NCBI GenBank assembly: GCA_013239625.1
Contig: MU053934.1
Location: 8,515,352-8,579,351, forward strand
Reading direction: 5' to 3'
Source of the DNA: Lama guanicoe
Taxonomy: Eukaryota
DNA: 64,000 nt
Part shown: piece by piece, positions 38,561 through 52,035 of the stretch
Position numbering within the stretch: the first letter of the stretch is position 1
Layout of the letters: each line of letters starts with the position of its first letter
Position numbers and translations under genes: made by a program
Notes under the pieces: generated by a model
Seen by the model: only the letters and a program-made list of their open reading frames with translations
What the model was told of the DNA's origin: nothing
Databases searched by the model: none

Positions 38561-40129
38561 ACAGGTGTTTACATTTATTTGTGCTAGACCCCCCCACCCC
38601 CCACCATCACCCCCAACCAGGGGAGACGGGGGAGGACTGAGCTTGTGTGGAGCCTGTTCTGCCCGGGCCGGGGCCAAGTGGTTCTCTCTTCAGTGCCCCT
38701 GGGCAGAGTAAGGCTTGAGAAGTTCGCTTCAGTCAGAGCTCGTGACTGGTGACTGTCCATCCAAAGGAACTGGTTTGGCAGGTCAGGAGTCCAGGAACTC
38801 CTGGGGACTGCCCCGTCCCTTCCCCCATCCGGTCGTGGAACTGAAGCCAGGGACACGCTGGCGGGCAGGAGGCTGTCTGGGCTGGGCCATTTGTCCTCTA
38901 CAGAAAAGCTTCATTTCAGGTGGCTGAAGGCAGAAGGCGGAGGCTTGAACCAGCCAGGCAGGTGTGGGGCTTCTGGAAAGCGCCTCCCCTCTGGGCCGTG
39001 GTCTCTGTCAAGTTGTAGGTGCCTCCGAGACCCCCGCAGCTGTGAGGGTCTCTGCTCCCCCCGGATCCCTAAAGCTGCAGGGTCACCGCATTTGCTTCTG
39101 TGCTATTATGGCACCTTGCATCTAGGGTGGGGGGGCTTTGGGGATTTTACTCAAAGTTTTTTTCTTTAAGGAAAATTTCAGATATTCAGAAGTGAGCAGG
39201 ACGTCCCAGCGTCAACCACTGCCTCGCTGCAGCCAAGCCTGGCCGGGGGCTCACCCTGCCGCCTTCCCATTCCGTTCCCCCACCTGCTCACCCCCCACCC
39301 ACTCAGCCCCGCCTCCTGCTCCCGTATCATCTTAATACTTGTTCTCCATAAACACTGCAGTGTGCCTCCCCTTATACAATGTGACCACAATACTATTATC
39401 ACACTTTAAACAACGGTAATTCCTTAATAGCCAATACCCAGTTGGCAGTCAGATTCCCAGTTGCCTCAAATATAAAAATAAGGTTAATCTGTCTTCTGGC
39501 CATGCCTCACCTCTTGAGGAATGGTCTGTCCTTGGCTCCCACAGCCCTGGTGACTCTTACGATGCATTAGCCTCGGAGCGCCCGACCTTTCAGTGTGCTG
39601 TCACGCCTGTCACTTTATCTGATCTTCAAGGCACTGGCCAGGCAGAGCTTGTGCCCATTTCACAGACGGGGAAGTGGGGTTTAGAGGGGCAGATTGACCT
39701 CAGCAGGGAGGTACCCTGAGTAGGGGTGACCCAGGCTGGAACCTGTTCCTCTGACTCCTCGTCCATGCCGTTTGCTCACAGCGCCAGCATGGAGGTACAG
39801 AGGGGTCTCTGGGTGGGGTGCAGAGGGGATCAGAACCAGGTCCCTGGCTCTTGGAGGTATGGGTGGCCTGACCTTCCCCCAGGGACCTGGGGTGCTTTTC
39901 TCTCTGGCTACATGGAGGGAAAATCTATTTGACTCAGCTAAGCTCTAACCAGATCTTTCCATACAGAAACATCTGAAGGTAGAGGGACCCACAGGGCCCC
40001 ACTTTGATTTCCAAAGAGGCCAGTGTGGAAGGTAGATTTGAATTCAGACTGAATTATTGAACTGGACTTGAGCCAATGCTAGTAATAGGAACCATCTATG
40101 GATCATTGACCACCTGCAGGAGCTATGTG

Positions 40130-40640
40130 TTCCAGGTAGCATAGACAGCATGTGCAAAGGCCCTGAGGTGGGAACAGCTTGGCATGTTTGAGGGGCAGCC
40201 CTGAGGCCTGTGTGGCTGCTGGAGCAGAAAGAACAAGGGTGGAGGGGAGGTGATATGAGACAAGTTTTTGAGGACAGCAGGGCCAGGCCACAAAAGTCTT
40301 TCAGGTGTCTGCAGGGGTTCGAATTTTATTCCAAGAACTGCAGGATGCTGCTGGCACTCAGAGGGTGTCATGGGAGGTGTGGAGTAGGCAGCTGGGATAT
40401 TCGAGTCCAGGACTCCGGGAGAGGTTTGGGCCTGAGATCTGGGTGTAGGGGTGGAGAGCGTGGGATTTAATATCCCTTAGGGAGGAGAGGAGAGGGCCCA
40501 GGGTCCCCCACCCAACAGGTCTGAGTGTGGATGATGGAGATCATGACAGGGGCCACAACTGTGTCCTCTTCTGGGACAGAGAAGCCTAGGATGGCAGCCA
40601 GTGGAGCCAGCTGGAGTGGAAGTGGCCCGGGAGTGACCAA
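40130..40640. mobile_element. L2 LINE fragment
   Basis: cagcatgtgcaaaggccctgaggtgggaacagcttggcatgtttgagg...gtggctgctggagcaga, a typical L2 3' region. Confidence 0.6.
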
Positions 40641-40919
40641 AGAGTGCTGGTGAGACGGGCCGGGAAGGCCTTGAAAGCCGGGCGCTGTCATTGCGCTCTG
40701 TTTGTTCTCCTGTTCAGCAGGCACCCCACGTTCCTTTCATGTCCTGGATGAGAGCCGAGACTCAAGCATGCGTCAGAAATGGCCCCGGTTGTCAGGGGAC
40801 ACCCAGTGATGGGTCCAGAGTGACGCATGGACACGCGATGTTGGCTGGTGAGGGCTGCCGGAGCCTAGAGGAAGCTCCTGCAGCCTGAGGTGGGTGGGGG
40901 ATCAGGGGGCATCATAACA

Positions 40920-41340
40920 CTTCTGACTGTGACAAACAGAAAACCCAGCTCTGAACTAGCCCCAAAGTCAAAGGGGACCCACTGGCCCATGTAGCCAAAA
41001 TGGTCTGGGGATGCTGTGGAGATCAGATATGGCTTGATCAAGCCTTAGCAATTTCCTGTGCTTTTTGTGGGCTGCTGGCTCCTCAGGGTGGCAGTGACTG
41101 GCTACAGCCATTCTAGGCCACATCTTTATACACAGCTGTGTGGCGAGAAACTCCTCTATTGGCCATCTCCTGATAGCAAATGATCTGGAAAACTTTTCCT
41201 GGTCTCTCGCAGGCCTCAATGAACCTATCCGATTGGCCAGGAAAATTGCTAGGTGCTGATTGGTTCAACTTGACTTCCCCCACAAACCTTTGAAAAGGGA
41301 GACTGGCTTACCCTTAGGTAATTGGCAGGTCCTAGGAGGT
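40920..41340. mobile_element. Ancient ERVL/MaLR-type LTR remnant (related segment at about 47150-47420)
   Basis: gtgacaaacagaaaacccagctctgaactagc and repeated gattgg motifs; similar text acccaaactggcttaagcagaaaagaggatttattggctc at about 47170. Confidence 0.45.
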
Positions 41341-42702
41341 GGGGTGGGTCAGCTCCTTGCAGCTGGAGGGCTGTGCAGGTAAGAGGAGCACCTGGGTACC
41401 ACGGGCAGGGCCACAGGGATGCTGGGGAGGGGAGTGGCCCTGAGTCTTGAGCTTGGTGTCTACCAGAACCACAGGAGCGAGTGGGTGGCCCCAGCAGCTC
41501 TTTACAGACTCCTTTGTCCTTTCAGAGTGTCAGGGGACTTGTGGGCAGGCCTCTGACAGAGCCGTGTAGCAGGTCACAGCTCACCTGGACCTTGCTGCTG
41601 CCACCTTTGGGTGTCTCACCCGGGTGTCATGCCCAGGTTCCAGTGGTTCTGGCCCCTGTACCTGGACAAACCAAGCGGTCTACACACGCCTTCTCGCCAA
41701 CACTGGGGACTCAGGGGTGTTTGTGGTAAAGAGTGGGTCACAGGGGTTTCTATCAATAAATTTGTGAAACGGCTGAGACAAAAGGGTGAGAATTACTCTT
41801 TATGGGGTGCACCTGGGAGAGCCTGGCACCCAGCTCCGTGGCAGCCCCTACTCAGCCAGGAGTGAGAGTTCCTGCCCCTGCCTCAGGTGTGACCCTGTGC
41901 CGGCCCCCTCCTCTCGCGGCGGTGCCCTCCCTGTAAAGTGCGGGGCCAGGCCTGGATGGCAGCCCAGCCCCTCCTGCCACAGAGCCCTTTATCCGCACGC
42001 CCTGTTCAGAGACAGGAGCCGGGCGGGCAGATACAGCAGCGAGCTCTTCCTCTGTACGCCCTGCACAGCGCCCGCACCACTCAAGTTAAATCTGGTGCTG
42101 ATTTGCCCGAGGTAAGCAGGTGATAATTTGTACAACGTTAGGATAATTGCTATGAGGGTCTATCTGGGTAACGTGCAAGTATGTTTTTATAGCAACAAAC
42201 CGTTTTGCTGTGAGTTATAAATAGAGCCGTTGAGTGATTCGACACCTCTTTTGCATGACGTCAAGTTGCCCTAGCTCTGGTCCACGCCTCTGTCATTGTG
42301 GCCTCACGATGCTGGTAGCTCCACGGTGCCCATGCCCCCCACCTTGGGCCACGGAGGCCCGCCCAGAGGGAAGATTTTGGGCAGTGAGAGGTTCTGGAAG
42401 CAGGCGAGGTGCGTGTGGACTCGGGCGGAGGGCGAGACGGGTGCTCTGAAGCCCGCTGCCGAGGGAAACGGGCCCACCTGTGATGTCTGGTTTATTTTCA
42501 CGTCATTTCGGCGTTTTTGGAGGGCTGCATATGCCGGGCCTGGTGCCAGGGACCCCGTTTGCGCAAATCCAGGTAGAAGCCCAGTCCTCGTCCTGTGGGA
42601 GTGAGGTCCTGTGAACTGAAGTGTCCTAGAGCTAGCCTTCAGTTCCTGGCACAGGGCTTCCAAAACCCTCGGGATTTCCTGCATGACAGGATGAATTTGG
42701 TA

Positions 42703-42792
42703 TTCTTTTTTTTTTTAAAATGGAGGTGCTGGGGCTTGAACCCAGACCTCCTGTGTGCTGTGTGCACTACCACTGATCTATACCCGCCCCCC
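42703..42792 (-). mobile_element. Diverged tRNA-derived SINE (Vic-1-like)
   Basis: Poly-T then tggaggtgctggggcttgaacccagacctc...taccactgatctatacccgccccc, the same head as the other copies. Confidence 0.7.
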
Positions 42793-42809
42793 TCACTTTG
42801 TTATTCTTA

Positions 42810-43500
42810 ATGAGCCCTTTTGACCTCGCCTGAGGCCACGGTAATGCGGTGACTCAGGATGGCAGCTTCAGGATGGGGGCTGGTCACCAGAGGACCCACC
42901 CTCCTGACTGGAAGGTTAGACCCATCAGCCCCACCTCTCCACCTCCAGGGAGGGGAGAGGGCTGGAGATTGAATTTAACCACCAATGGCTTGGTTTAATC
43001 AGTAATACCTGTGCAGTGAAACTTGTAATGGAACTGGCATCAAAACACTGAAGCCATGTGGCAGAGAGAGCTTCCCGCTTGGTGAACACACGCATGTGCC
43101 GGGAGGGTGGTACCCAGCGAGGGTGCAGAAGCCCCGTCCATGCACAGCCCCAACCGCCATACCTTGCCCTCTGCTTCTCTTCCGTTTGGTGATTCCTGAC
43201 TTGTAGCATTTAAAATAAACCTGTCTTTGTAAGTAAAGCACTTTCTTGAGTTCTGTGAGTCATCCTAGCCAATTACTGAACCAGAGCACGGCTGGTCATG
43301 GGAACCCCCGACTTTGTAGCCAACTCAGACAGACGTGTACCTGGTTGGGGACCTAGGACTTGGACTGGTGTCTGTAGCGGGGGCAGTCTTATGGGACTGA
43401 GCCCTTAACTTGTGGGTCTGCTGCTAACTCTGGGTAGTTTATGTAAGAATAAGACTGTGGGACACGGACTTGGCATCAGAGGGTTGGTGTTGGAATGACG
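42810..43500. mobile_element. ERVL LTR (MER21-like)
   Basis: ttgagttctgtgagtcatcctagcc...ggtcatgggaacccccgactttgtagcc...gggggcagtcttatgggactgagccctt, with AATAAA at about 43214. Confidence 0.65.
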
Positions 43501-43972
43501 TATTTGTTGTTAGAGGAAAACCCTGTACAGGAGCAGAAAGAACAAGGCCCAGGGAAGAGTCTGTGCAAAGGTCCTGGGGCGGCGGAAGCAGCGTGGATTC
43601 TGGGAGAGGCTCAGATGGGCAGGTTTTGTGGCTGGAGCTGCAGGAGCAGCAGGGAGAGCCTCATGTGAGTCTCGATTATGGGCCTGTGGGGTTGGGGGCT
43701 CACAGGGCTCACCCCAGCAGTTACCCCCTAACTCACCATCTGTTGCCACAACAAAACACAGATGGATGACACGCTCAGGCCTGAATGCGCAAACTTCAAA
43801 ACAAATCGTGCTGCCTGTGCTGTGTGAAATAGGCGATGGGGTAAAGGTTTTGAGCTTGCAGAGAACAAAAAGAGGAAAAAAATCACTCTGTCTGGTTAAA
43901 GCCGAGTCTGGAGGGGAAACAAAGCCCTCTTGGCTTCAGAGACTCTCGGCCCCGGGCTGTGCTGCCGGACCG

Positions 43973-44012
43973 TGCGGTGGGAGTCCTCCCTCTGCGGTGG
44001 GAGTCCTCCCTA
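43973..44012 (+). repeat. 20-bp tandem duplication
   Basis: tgcggtgggagtcctccctc / tgcggtgggagtcctcccta. Confidence 0.9.
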
Positions 44013-47000
44013 TGCCGAGGACGAGGACTCGGCCTGGGCCCTTCCACTGTCTACCCGGGTAGTCGGGCCGCCTGCCTGCGAGGCTTGCAAGCAAGAATGT
44101 TCCAGGCATGTTCCCTCCTCTGGGAGGGCAGGGCCCTCAGGAGGGGGCCAGTCAGGGCCCCTGATGTCCTCAGAAGGCTGCCTCCAAGCTCTTCATCCAG
44201 CTCTCACAGGCTTTTCCAGGGTAGCCCAGCAAAAGGGGGCGCGTGGGGCTGAAGGCTGGTGGGGGGAGGGGGCTGCGGTGGAGTGGGGACAGGATGGCTT
44301 CCCACCTTCTTCAAACTTCAGGAGCCCCTCCTGCCTGTCGTGAGGGGTCAGTGGAATGACAAGGTGGCTGTAAGTCCCCCACAGGACTGAGTGCCCCCAA
44401 GGGTGGCAGCGGTCTTCACACGCACCCCTGTGCCTGGAGTGACGAGGACAGACATGCGCCAAGTTCGCAGCTCGGCAGGCTCCCGGCCTGGTCTCCTTGC
44501 GGACCAGCTGCCTGGGCGGGTGCAGGGCTGTGGGTGTAGGTGATTGAGTTTATTTTCTCACTTTCACTGCAGATAGAGGGGAGCTCCCTGCCAGGCGTAG
44601 GTTCTAGGGTCCCAGGCCTGGGTGTTACCCCGCTGCCCCCGGGTACCTGGCTTGGGGAAGGCTGGACGTGGAAGACGGTGCTGTGTCCTGATGCGGAGGA
44701 GGTGGGTGGTGGGGCAGCGCGGGGCCTCCCTGCCTGGTGCTCGGTGCCCTGCGTCCCGCAGGGAGCAAGCCCCAGCCTGTGTGTTCACCTGGCCCCGCCT
44801 GCCGGCCTTCAGCTGCCATCCCGTCCGCCTCCCCTGCCCTCAGGAGATGCAGCCTCTGGAGAACACAGAGGGTACAGGGGTTGGGGACGGGGGCAGTGGG
44901 CGGGGGTGGTCGCAGGTCCAGTCGCTGGTGAGGGTGGGAGGTGTGGGTGGTTAGGGGGCTGATCTGGAACTGTCTGTGAGGGTGCTTGCTGGAGGTGGTG
45001 GCCCAGAACTGTAGGCACAGGGGAGCCAGGACGAGTGTGTGTGTGTGTGAGTGTGAGCGAGTGTGTGAGAGACACAGAGAGAAGTGGGGAAGGTGGTGCA
45101 GGTGACTCCTGCGACCTCGCCTGCCTGTTCCTGGGGTCCCTCTCTCCGGGGGTCTCTGCCCCTCTTTCCCCGCCTTCCCCATCCTGGGCTCCCTCCCTGT
45201 GCTCTGCCCAGCGTCTTCCACCAGCAACCAGCAAGGCTCTTGGTCCATCTCAACTCAGAGAGGGCACAAAGGGCGACACAGCTATCAGTAGCCGCAGAGC
45301 CCACCTGAGGGAGCAGGTGGCCTGGGCTGCAGGCAGGGCTGGCGGGGTGGGGGTGGGGGACACAGCAGGGGGTGGAGGCTGGTTGAAACTGGAAATGGTC
45401 ACTGGTGACATGGCCCCTAGACAGTGGAAGCTGTCAGAAGGGACACACAAAACCCCCAGGTGTGTCTGTGCCAAGGTGAGAGAAACTGTAAAGGGATCGG
45501 AGTAATAGGAGGCATCCTGGGGCCATGTCACCGTGTGACCGTGAGCCACTGTCTGCACCTCACTGGCCTTCCTCTTGTTCTCCGATAAATGGGGAGGCAA
45601 CGGAGTGGCTCCCTCCTTCCTGCCTTCTGTCTCCAACCATTGTTATGAAAATTGTTCAGAGTATAGCAACATGTAAGAAAACACACTTTTTGCCTTGGTT
45701 TGGAAGTTGGTACCGTTCATTATGGATTTTCTCTCTCTTTCTCTCTCTCCGAGCTGAACTCTTGGAAAGGAAGTGGCAGACCCACGCCATTCATTCCCTG
45801 CCGACTGTTTGAGCATAAAGACGTTCTCCTGTACAACCTGATACCATTCTCACAGCTCAGCAAATGAGCCGTAATTCCTTTAATATCATCGTCCATTCAG
45901 GCCACGTTCACGCTTCCGCAGTTGTCCCAGGGATGTTTTCGCGGCTCCTTTATAAACCAGAATTCCATCAAGGGTCACATCCTGTGTTTACTTGTTCTGT
46001 CTCTCCGGCTCCATTCAGTCTAGAACAGTGCTCCCACCCCACCCCACCCCCACGCCTCCCCTGCCTTTTTAAAAAATAACATCAACTTTTAAAGAGGCCA
46101 GGCCAATAAATTGCCTGGTAGGATGGCTCTCATTCTGGGTTTCTCTGCTTGTTTTCCCCCATTATTGTGATATTTCTTGTGTTCTTTGATTCCCTGGGGT
46201 GTTTCCTCTAGAACAATAGAACTGGAGGCTTAATTAGATTCGGGTTGGACCTTTCGGGCAAGAGTATTGCAATGTATCTGAAGGTGCGGAGGTCAGGCTG
46301 TCCTGCAGTCGTGGTGCTGGGCTCGCCTGACTGCGGGGTGGCCACCAGCACGTCACATGTTGTCCAGCACCCAGCTGTGTTGTCCACACCCCTTTCCTGA
46401 CCCCCACATCTTCCTCTTTGCAGCAAGAGACGCCAACTCCCATCCCAGATGGCGCTGGCCGTGCTGCTGGTGGCCCAGGCGCTGGGCTGAATATTCCAGG
46501 GTCTGGGGTGCTCTGGGCTGATGGAGGTGGTGGTGGGTAAGCAGACAGAGCTGATTATAAAACATACATGTACGTGCAATCTGATTGTGACTGTAAAATA
46601 TGGGTGCGTGCGGACAAAGACCGGAGGGAAGTGTGCAGAAATAAAAGTTGTATACAGGGTCATGAGAGACATCCCCCCAACCCCTTAAATCAGTCCTTCA
46701 GTGTGATTGTCACACCATTTTGCTGTTTAGAAATGAACTGCAGAGTAGAGGGAGGTCTGGGGGACTTAATCACGGCGACATGGAGCGGACCAGGTTCCTT
46801 ACAAGGCTGTGTTATCTGCCTGGCACACAGAAGCTTGGATCAGGGGAGAGCAGCGTCCTCAGGTGCCCTGCTGAGTCAGCGTTGGTGCTACCGTTTCTTA
46901 CTGTGTCCGCGGAGTGGAGAGATGGGGTCGTGTGCAGGGCCAGGGCTGGCGTCGGTTGTAGCTCTGTTCTGAGTCAGATTTCCCCCAGAGAGTTTTCAGA

Positions 47001-48892
47001 AATGCAGTTTGTTTACCTGTACCACCATCAACAGGAAAATCGTGGGCTTGATCATTCCATTCCCTCAAAGAAGAGAATATTGAGGCAGATTTCATCAAGT
47101 GTTTCAGTATCACTGATTTTTCAAAGAAAAAAATATCAGTTTTGGTGGAAGTGACAGGTCATCTATAACCCAAACTGGCTTAAGCAGAAAAGAGGATTTA
47201 TTGGCTCTTCACACTCAGGTACAGCTGGATCCAGGTGCACAGTGTTCTAGGGACATTTCTCTTCTGCCATTCTGTTTTCATTTTCCTTAAGTTCATGTGG
47301 TGACCCTGGCTAGCTCAAGGCTCACATCCTCTCAGGTTTGGGTCCAGCAGAAGAAATTTTAAAAGCATCTCCTTTTAGTGGCTTTGTGGATGTCTTAGAT
47401 GTCGGTCTGATTGGACTGGCTGTTCGTGTCATCGCTCCTGGGTTGATCCCCGTGGCTCAGGGAGTCTCGTGCTGTTACTGACCAGGCAGAGGTCCCGGGG
47501 GTGGAGCCTCACTCGCCATCGCAGGGCTGTGTGTATGCTTGTGTGCATGTGGGTGAGGGAAAGAGTGCACGTGTGTGTGTGTGAGGGAGAAAGTGGGTGA
47601 GTTACGGGCAGAGGAGGGAGAGGATGCTGGTGGCCAAGAGGTGTCCACTCAGTCCAGCCATGAGCCCTCTTCCTGTGGGGCCGCAGGCCTGGACCCTGGC
47701 CGGAGCCTGTGTGTGTGGCATCGTCCCTTTGGGCACAGTGTGAGCAGTGCTGACTGGGGAGGCCATGCCTCTGATGCCTGACGGGGTCTCCTGACACCGG
47801 CCTCCCTGCCCGTGTGTGGCCTCAGCAAGCCCGTGCCTCTGTCATTCTCCACATGCGTCTGGTAGACACCCAGTCCTTTCCTCACACTGGTCACTTCATG
47901 TCTGGGCCCCTGTCTCAGCCTGAGCGCTTCTGAAGGCACAAATCCATCCTGCTCTTTGTCGGGGCCCTTGGACCCTGCCTGGAACGGGTGGCAGGTGAGG
48001 GGTGAGGCCATTATTTCATATGAATGGAATCGTGTGATCTTTTGTGATGGCTTCTTTCACCAAGCATCATGTCTTCAAGGTTCGTCTGGGTTGTAGCAGG
48101 TGTCAGCACTTCCTTCCTTTTCATGGACGAATAATACTCCATTGTTCAGATACTAATGGGGATTTTTGTAAAGATGTGCACAGGTTTTGAAGCAGCATCT
48201 GGGCACAGAATGACCATGTGGTAACTCTTAGCTATGATTGTGATTGCCAGCCCTATGCAGCCATGAGTAGCTGAGATGGAGCTTTGCTGGCCTCAGTCAC
48301 CCCATCTGTAAAGTGGGTACAGGAGTGAGTATGCATATCTCTGAGGTGGGTGGCTCGGCAGGAATGAAAGTGTCCTTGTAGTGCTGTCCCCACTCCATGT
48401 GTCCCTGATCCCACCGCCCTCCACCCTGCTCTCCTGGGATGTGGGGCTGCTTGGTGAGGGGGAGCCCTGTGGGTGCCCTGGTCGGTGGGCAGTGCCTGCA
48501 GAGGAGGAGGTCACATGTAGAGGCCCAAACATGGGGTTGATGCCACCGTGCAGCTGGACCTTGAGTTGTTCATCGAGGGGTAGTTCTCCCGTGTTGAGGG
48601 GACGGGGTGCAGGAGGGCTGGGCAGGCTGAACCCCGAACACCAGAGTGATCTGCAGTCTTGGCGAATCAGATGGTAAGTGTTTTTTTTTTTAATGTCAAG
48701 GAGGGAAATTAAACAGCAAACAGGTCACATGAAGGGCGCTCCTTTACTCCTTAAGCCCGGTGCACTTGTGTGTTAAATGCCCCCTGGGTTCCGTGTGCTT
48801 CTCCCTCAGGGCGTCGGAAGGACCCCACGCTCGGATCCTCAGGCGGTGGCATCCGGATGGTGTGCCCAGGCCACCCTGTCCCCCGTCACAGC

Positions 48893-48929
48893 ATGTCCCG
48901 GCTGGACTTGGAGGAGCTGGCCGAAATAG
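48893..48929 (+). CDS. ARHGAP8: ARHGAP8 putative upstream coding exon (exon about 48810-48929)
   Basis: Acceptor cttctccctcag|48810; acagcATG (A at -3) encodes MSRLDLEELAEI; donor G|gtaacg in phase 1 joins in frame to the 52036 exon (E-LQRDEEE). A further in-frame ATG lies at 48857. Confidence 0.65.
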
Positions 48930-49879
48930 GTAACGCGCATCCTCCCCCAGCCCCATCCTGGGAGATCCCTGGGGCACATTTGTTTTTAATAGGTAATATA
49001 TTGATATGGCTCAGAAAACCCTAGCCCTCTAAGAAGGTGCTCCGTGAAGCTGTCCTTCTACCCCATCTCTGGATTCCCACCTCCACCCTCAATAGCCAAC
49101 CATTAGGGACTTTTTTCTTTCCAGAATTTTTAATACAGATTCACCTGCACCCCCAAGGGTGATGACGGCCATCCTGCTGGGGTGCTGAGGCCCAAATGGG
49201 AAAATACCCTCATTCACTGCTTCCCGCTCCCTGCTGGGGTGCCGGGTTCTAGACCCCCATTTTACAGATAAGCAGCCTGAGACTGAGTGACCGGAAAGCA
49301 TGCCGAGGTCCCCCGGGGACAGGGCCCGGATGGGAGGAGAGCCTGTCATCCAGGTGTGTGGGGAGACCGCTTTCCGTGGCATCAGCTCGTGGAGCTGGTT
49401 AAGGCCACGTGCATATGCGTGTTTAGGTGAGGCGCTGTTTCTGTTCTTGTGTGCAGCGCCGCCAGACTATCTTACTCATTTCACTCAAGTGCAGATTTCA
49501 AGGTTTGCAGGAGCCAGGGCAGCACCTAAGGACCTGCTGAAATAAGTGATTTTCCATCTGCGTCAGCATTTGACACCCAGATGAGGAACCCTGACTGGGT
49601 TTTACATATGCTGCTTGAGAACCCGCAGTTTTACCTTCTAGTTTCTGCTCCTTAACGCAGAAGCATGCAGCCTCAAACCACTTCTCGCTCGGGTCGATTT
49701 GGCAGCATGACGGTAGTGCCAGTTTTAGGGGAGGTGACGTAGTTCTGAGATACGGGCCATCCTGTCCCCGGAAGGGGTCCTTGTTTCCCTCCTCCCCCGC
49801 CGTCCTTAAGGGGCCCAGGGTTCCAGCTCGTCGTCTCTTTACAGGTGTCCCTGCCACGTGCTGGAGCAGCTTTTACTTT

Positions 49880-50400
49880 TCTTTTTAAATTGAGGTGAAA
49901 TTCATTTAACATGAAATTAGCCATCTGAAAGTGAACAGTTCAGTGGTCTTTATGATATTGACAATGCTGTGCAGCCATCACCTCTCTCTGGTCCCAGAAC
50001 ATGTTCATCACCCCAGAAGGAAACCCCAAACCCGTTAAGCCATCTCTTCCCCGTTCCTCCCTCCCCCCAGCCCCTGGCAACCATCAGTCTGCTTTCTGTC
50101 TTTATGGATTTACCAGTTTTGGAGATTTCATATAAATGGAATCGTACATTCTATGTCTTTTGTGTCTGGATAGATGACATTTTGTTTATCTATCCATCTA
50201 TTGATGGACACTTGGGCTGGTTCTGCTTTTCAGCTTGGTGAGTGGTGCTGCTGTGAACATGGTGTGTACGTGGATTTGTCTGAAGATTTGTGCTCCTTTC
50301 CTTGTGTGCACACCTAAGAGGGGACTCGCTGGGTCGTAGTAATTCTGCGTTCCACTTTTTGAGGAATAGCCAAACTTTTCCACGACGTGCTCCAGTGTCA
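49880..50400 (-). mobile_element. L1M 3' fragment
   Basis: ttaaattgaggtgaaattca...gttcatcaccccagaaggaaacccc...ccctggcaaccatcagtctgctttctgtctttatggattt. Confidence 0.75.
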
Positions 50401-52035
50401 TAAACATCTATCAAGATGCTTCCAGAAGTGGGGCATTTGTGGGGTTTCCGTGGGGCTGTGTCTATAGGATGTGGCAGGTTTAGAGGTGGGTTACTTTCAG
50501 TGAACATGGGTCAGCCCAGCTCCGGGGCGCGGCCTGAAGGTCCCCAGGACCTGGCCTCACTCAGCTCCAGCCTGATCCGCACGCTCCCCTCTGTCTCTGG
50601 TGTGAGGCTGACCAGGATGATCACTTACGGCCCCCATCTTCCTGCTCTTCCTCCTGGACTCGTGACCGTAGCTTCGTGGCCCCGTGGTCTGGCCTGCCCA
50701 CCCCCAGGCCTCACCCTGCCTGCGTACCCCCTGCTCTCCCTCTGGCCATGCTTGTCTGTTACCCTTCCCCCACTAGGGCCCTTTCCTCCCTCTGGACCAC
50801 TTACCCTCTCACCCCTCTGTTATTTTATACCCGTCCATCATGAGCACTCAGTATAGACCCAGCTCCTCCAGGAAGCCTGCTCCCACCGCCTGGGATGGGC
50901 CAGCCCCTCGCCCCTGCCCCCTGCAGCCTGCAGGCCACTCAACTGCCCAGGGATCCTGGGAAAACCCGTGGATGGAGCTCTTCAGGGTGATAGGTCCCTA
51001 CCCGTCTTCTCTAATTCTCCCCGGGACTCCCTGCTGACACCTCATGGCCTCTGTGCGCCGTTCCCTCCACCTGGATTCCCTTCCAGCGGGTTCCAGCCAC
51101 CTGCCTCCCTCCCTCCTTCACGCCTCTGCTTAGAGGTCCCCAGCTCAAACCCCCAACCCTGTGTCCCCCTTAGGCTGCTTGATCTTCCGTTTGCCCCCCA
51201 CACCTGACATCCCTCTGGTGTCTGTTTCTTGACCCCGCACGAAGGCTGGTCCTCGAGGGCAGAAACTGCATGAGTTCCCTAGAGCTCCTGAAACAGCCCC
51301 ACAGAGCTCGTGTCTTGGCACAACGCTGTCTGAAGTGCGTTTCACTGGGCGGGTCTGTACTGAGGCCTGTACTCCCTGGGGGCTCCCAGGGAGAAGCTGT
51401 CTCCTGGCTTTTCCACGTGCCTGGGCTTGTGGCCCCCCGACACCCTGTAGCTCCGCATCTTCCTGTCTGTCTGTCTGTCTGTCCTCATATCTCCTCGGAT
51501 GCTGACCCTCCTACCTCCTTCTTACAAAGACCCTCATGATGACATTGGTTCCACCCAGATACTCTGGTTTGATCTCCCCATCTCAGGTCCTTCATCATTT
51601 CTGCAGAGTCTCTTTTGCCGTGGAAGGTCCCCTGGTCTCAGGTTCTGGGGATCAGGATGCGGACATCACGGGGCTGCCAGTGTCAGCATCTCTCAAGAAG
51701 GGCCCACGTTGGAATGTAGAGCCGGGGAGCTGAGTTCACGGCCACACCTTGCTGCCAGTTAGCAGTACGACCTTGGGGAGTCATTCCCTGCTCTGAGCCT
51801 CGGTTTCCACCCCTGACCACACAGAGGACAATATTCAGCCCTTGGCTGTCGTTTTTCCCTCTCCTGGTGCTACGCACTGAGCGGCTGCGCAGTGGGTGCG
51901 TAGCAGAGGTGGGTGCATAGTGGGTGCACAGCTGAGACAAGGTGTGTGTCTTAGAAAGACCTCAAGAGGCTCCCTCTCTGTCCTCCATCCTTGGGAATAT
52001 AGCTGACTTCCTCTCCCCCTCATTGTCTGCTGTAG

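Noticed and set aside
41155..41265. Three ATTGG (CCAAT) boxes suggesting an NF-Y promoter
   Set aside because: They lie in what appears to be an old LTR remnant, and I found no associated exon or CpG island.
21390..44012. Short direct repeats as a CRISPR-like array
   Set aside because: Eukaryotic DNA; the repeats are simple adjacent duplications without spacers.
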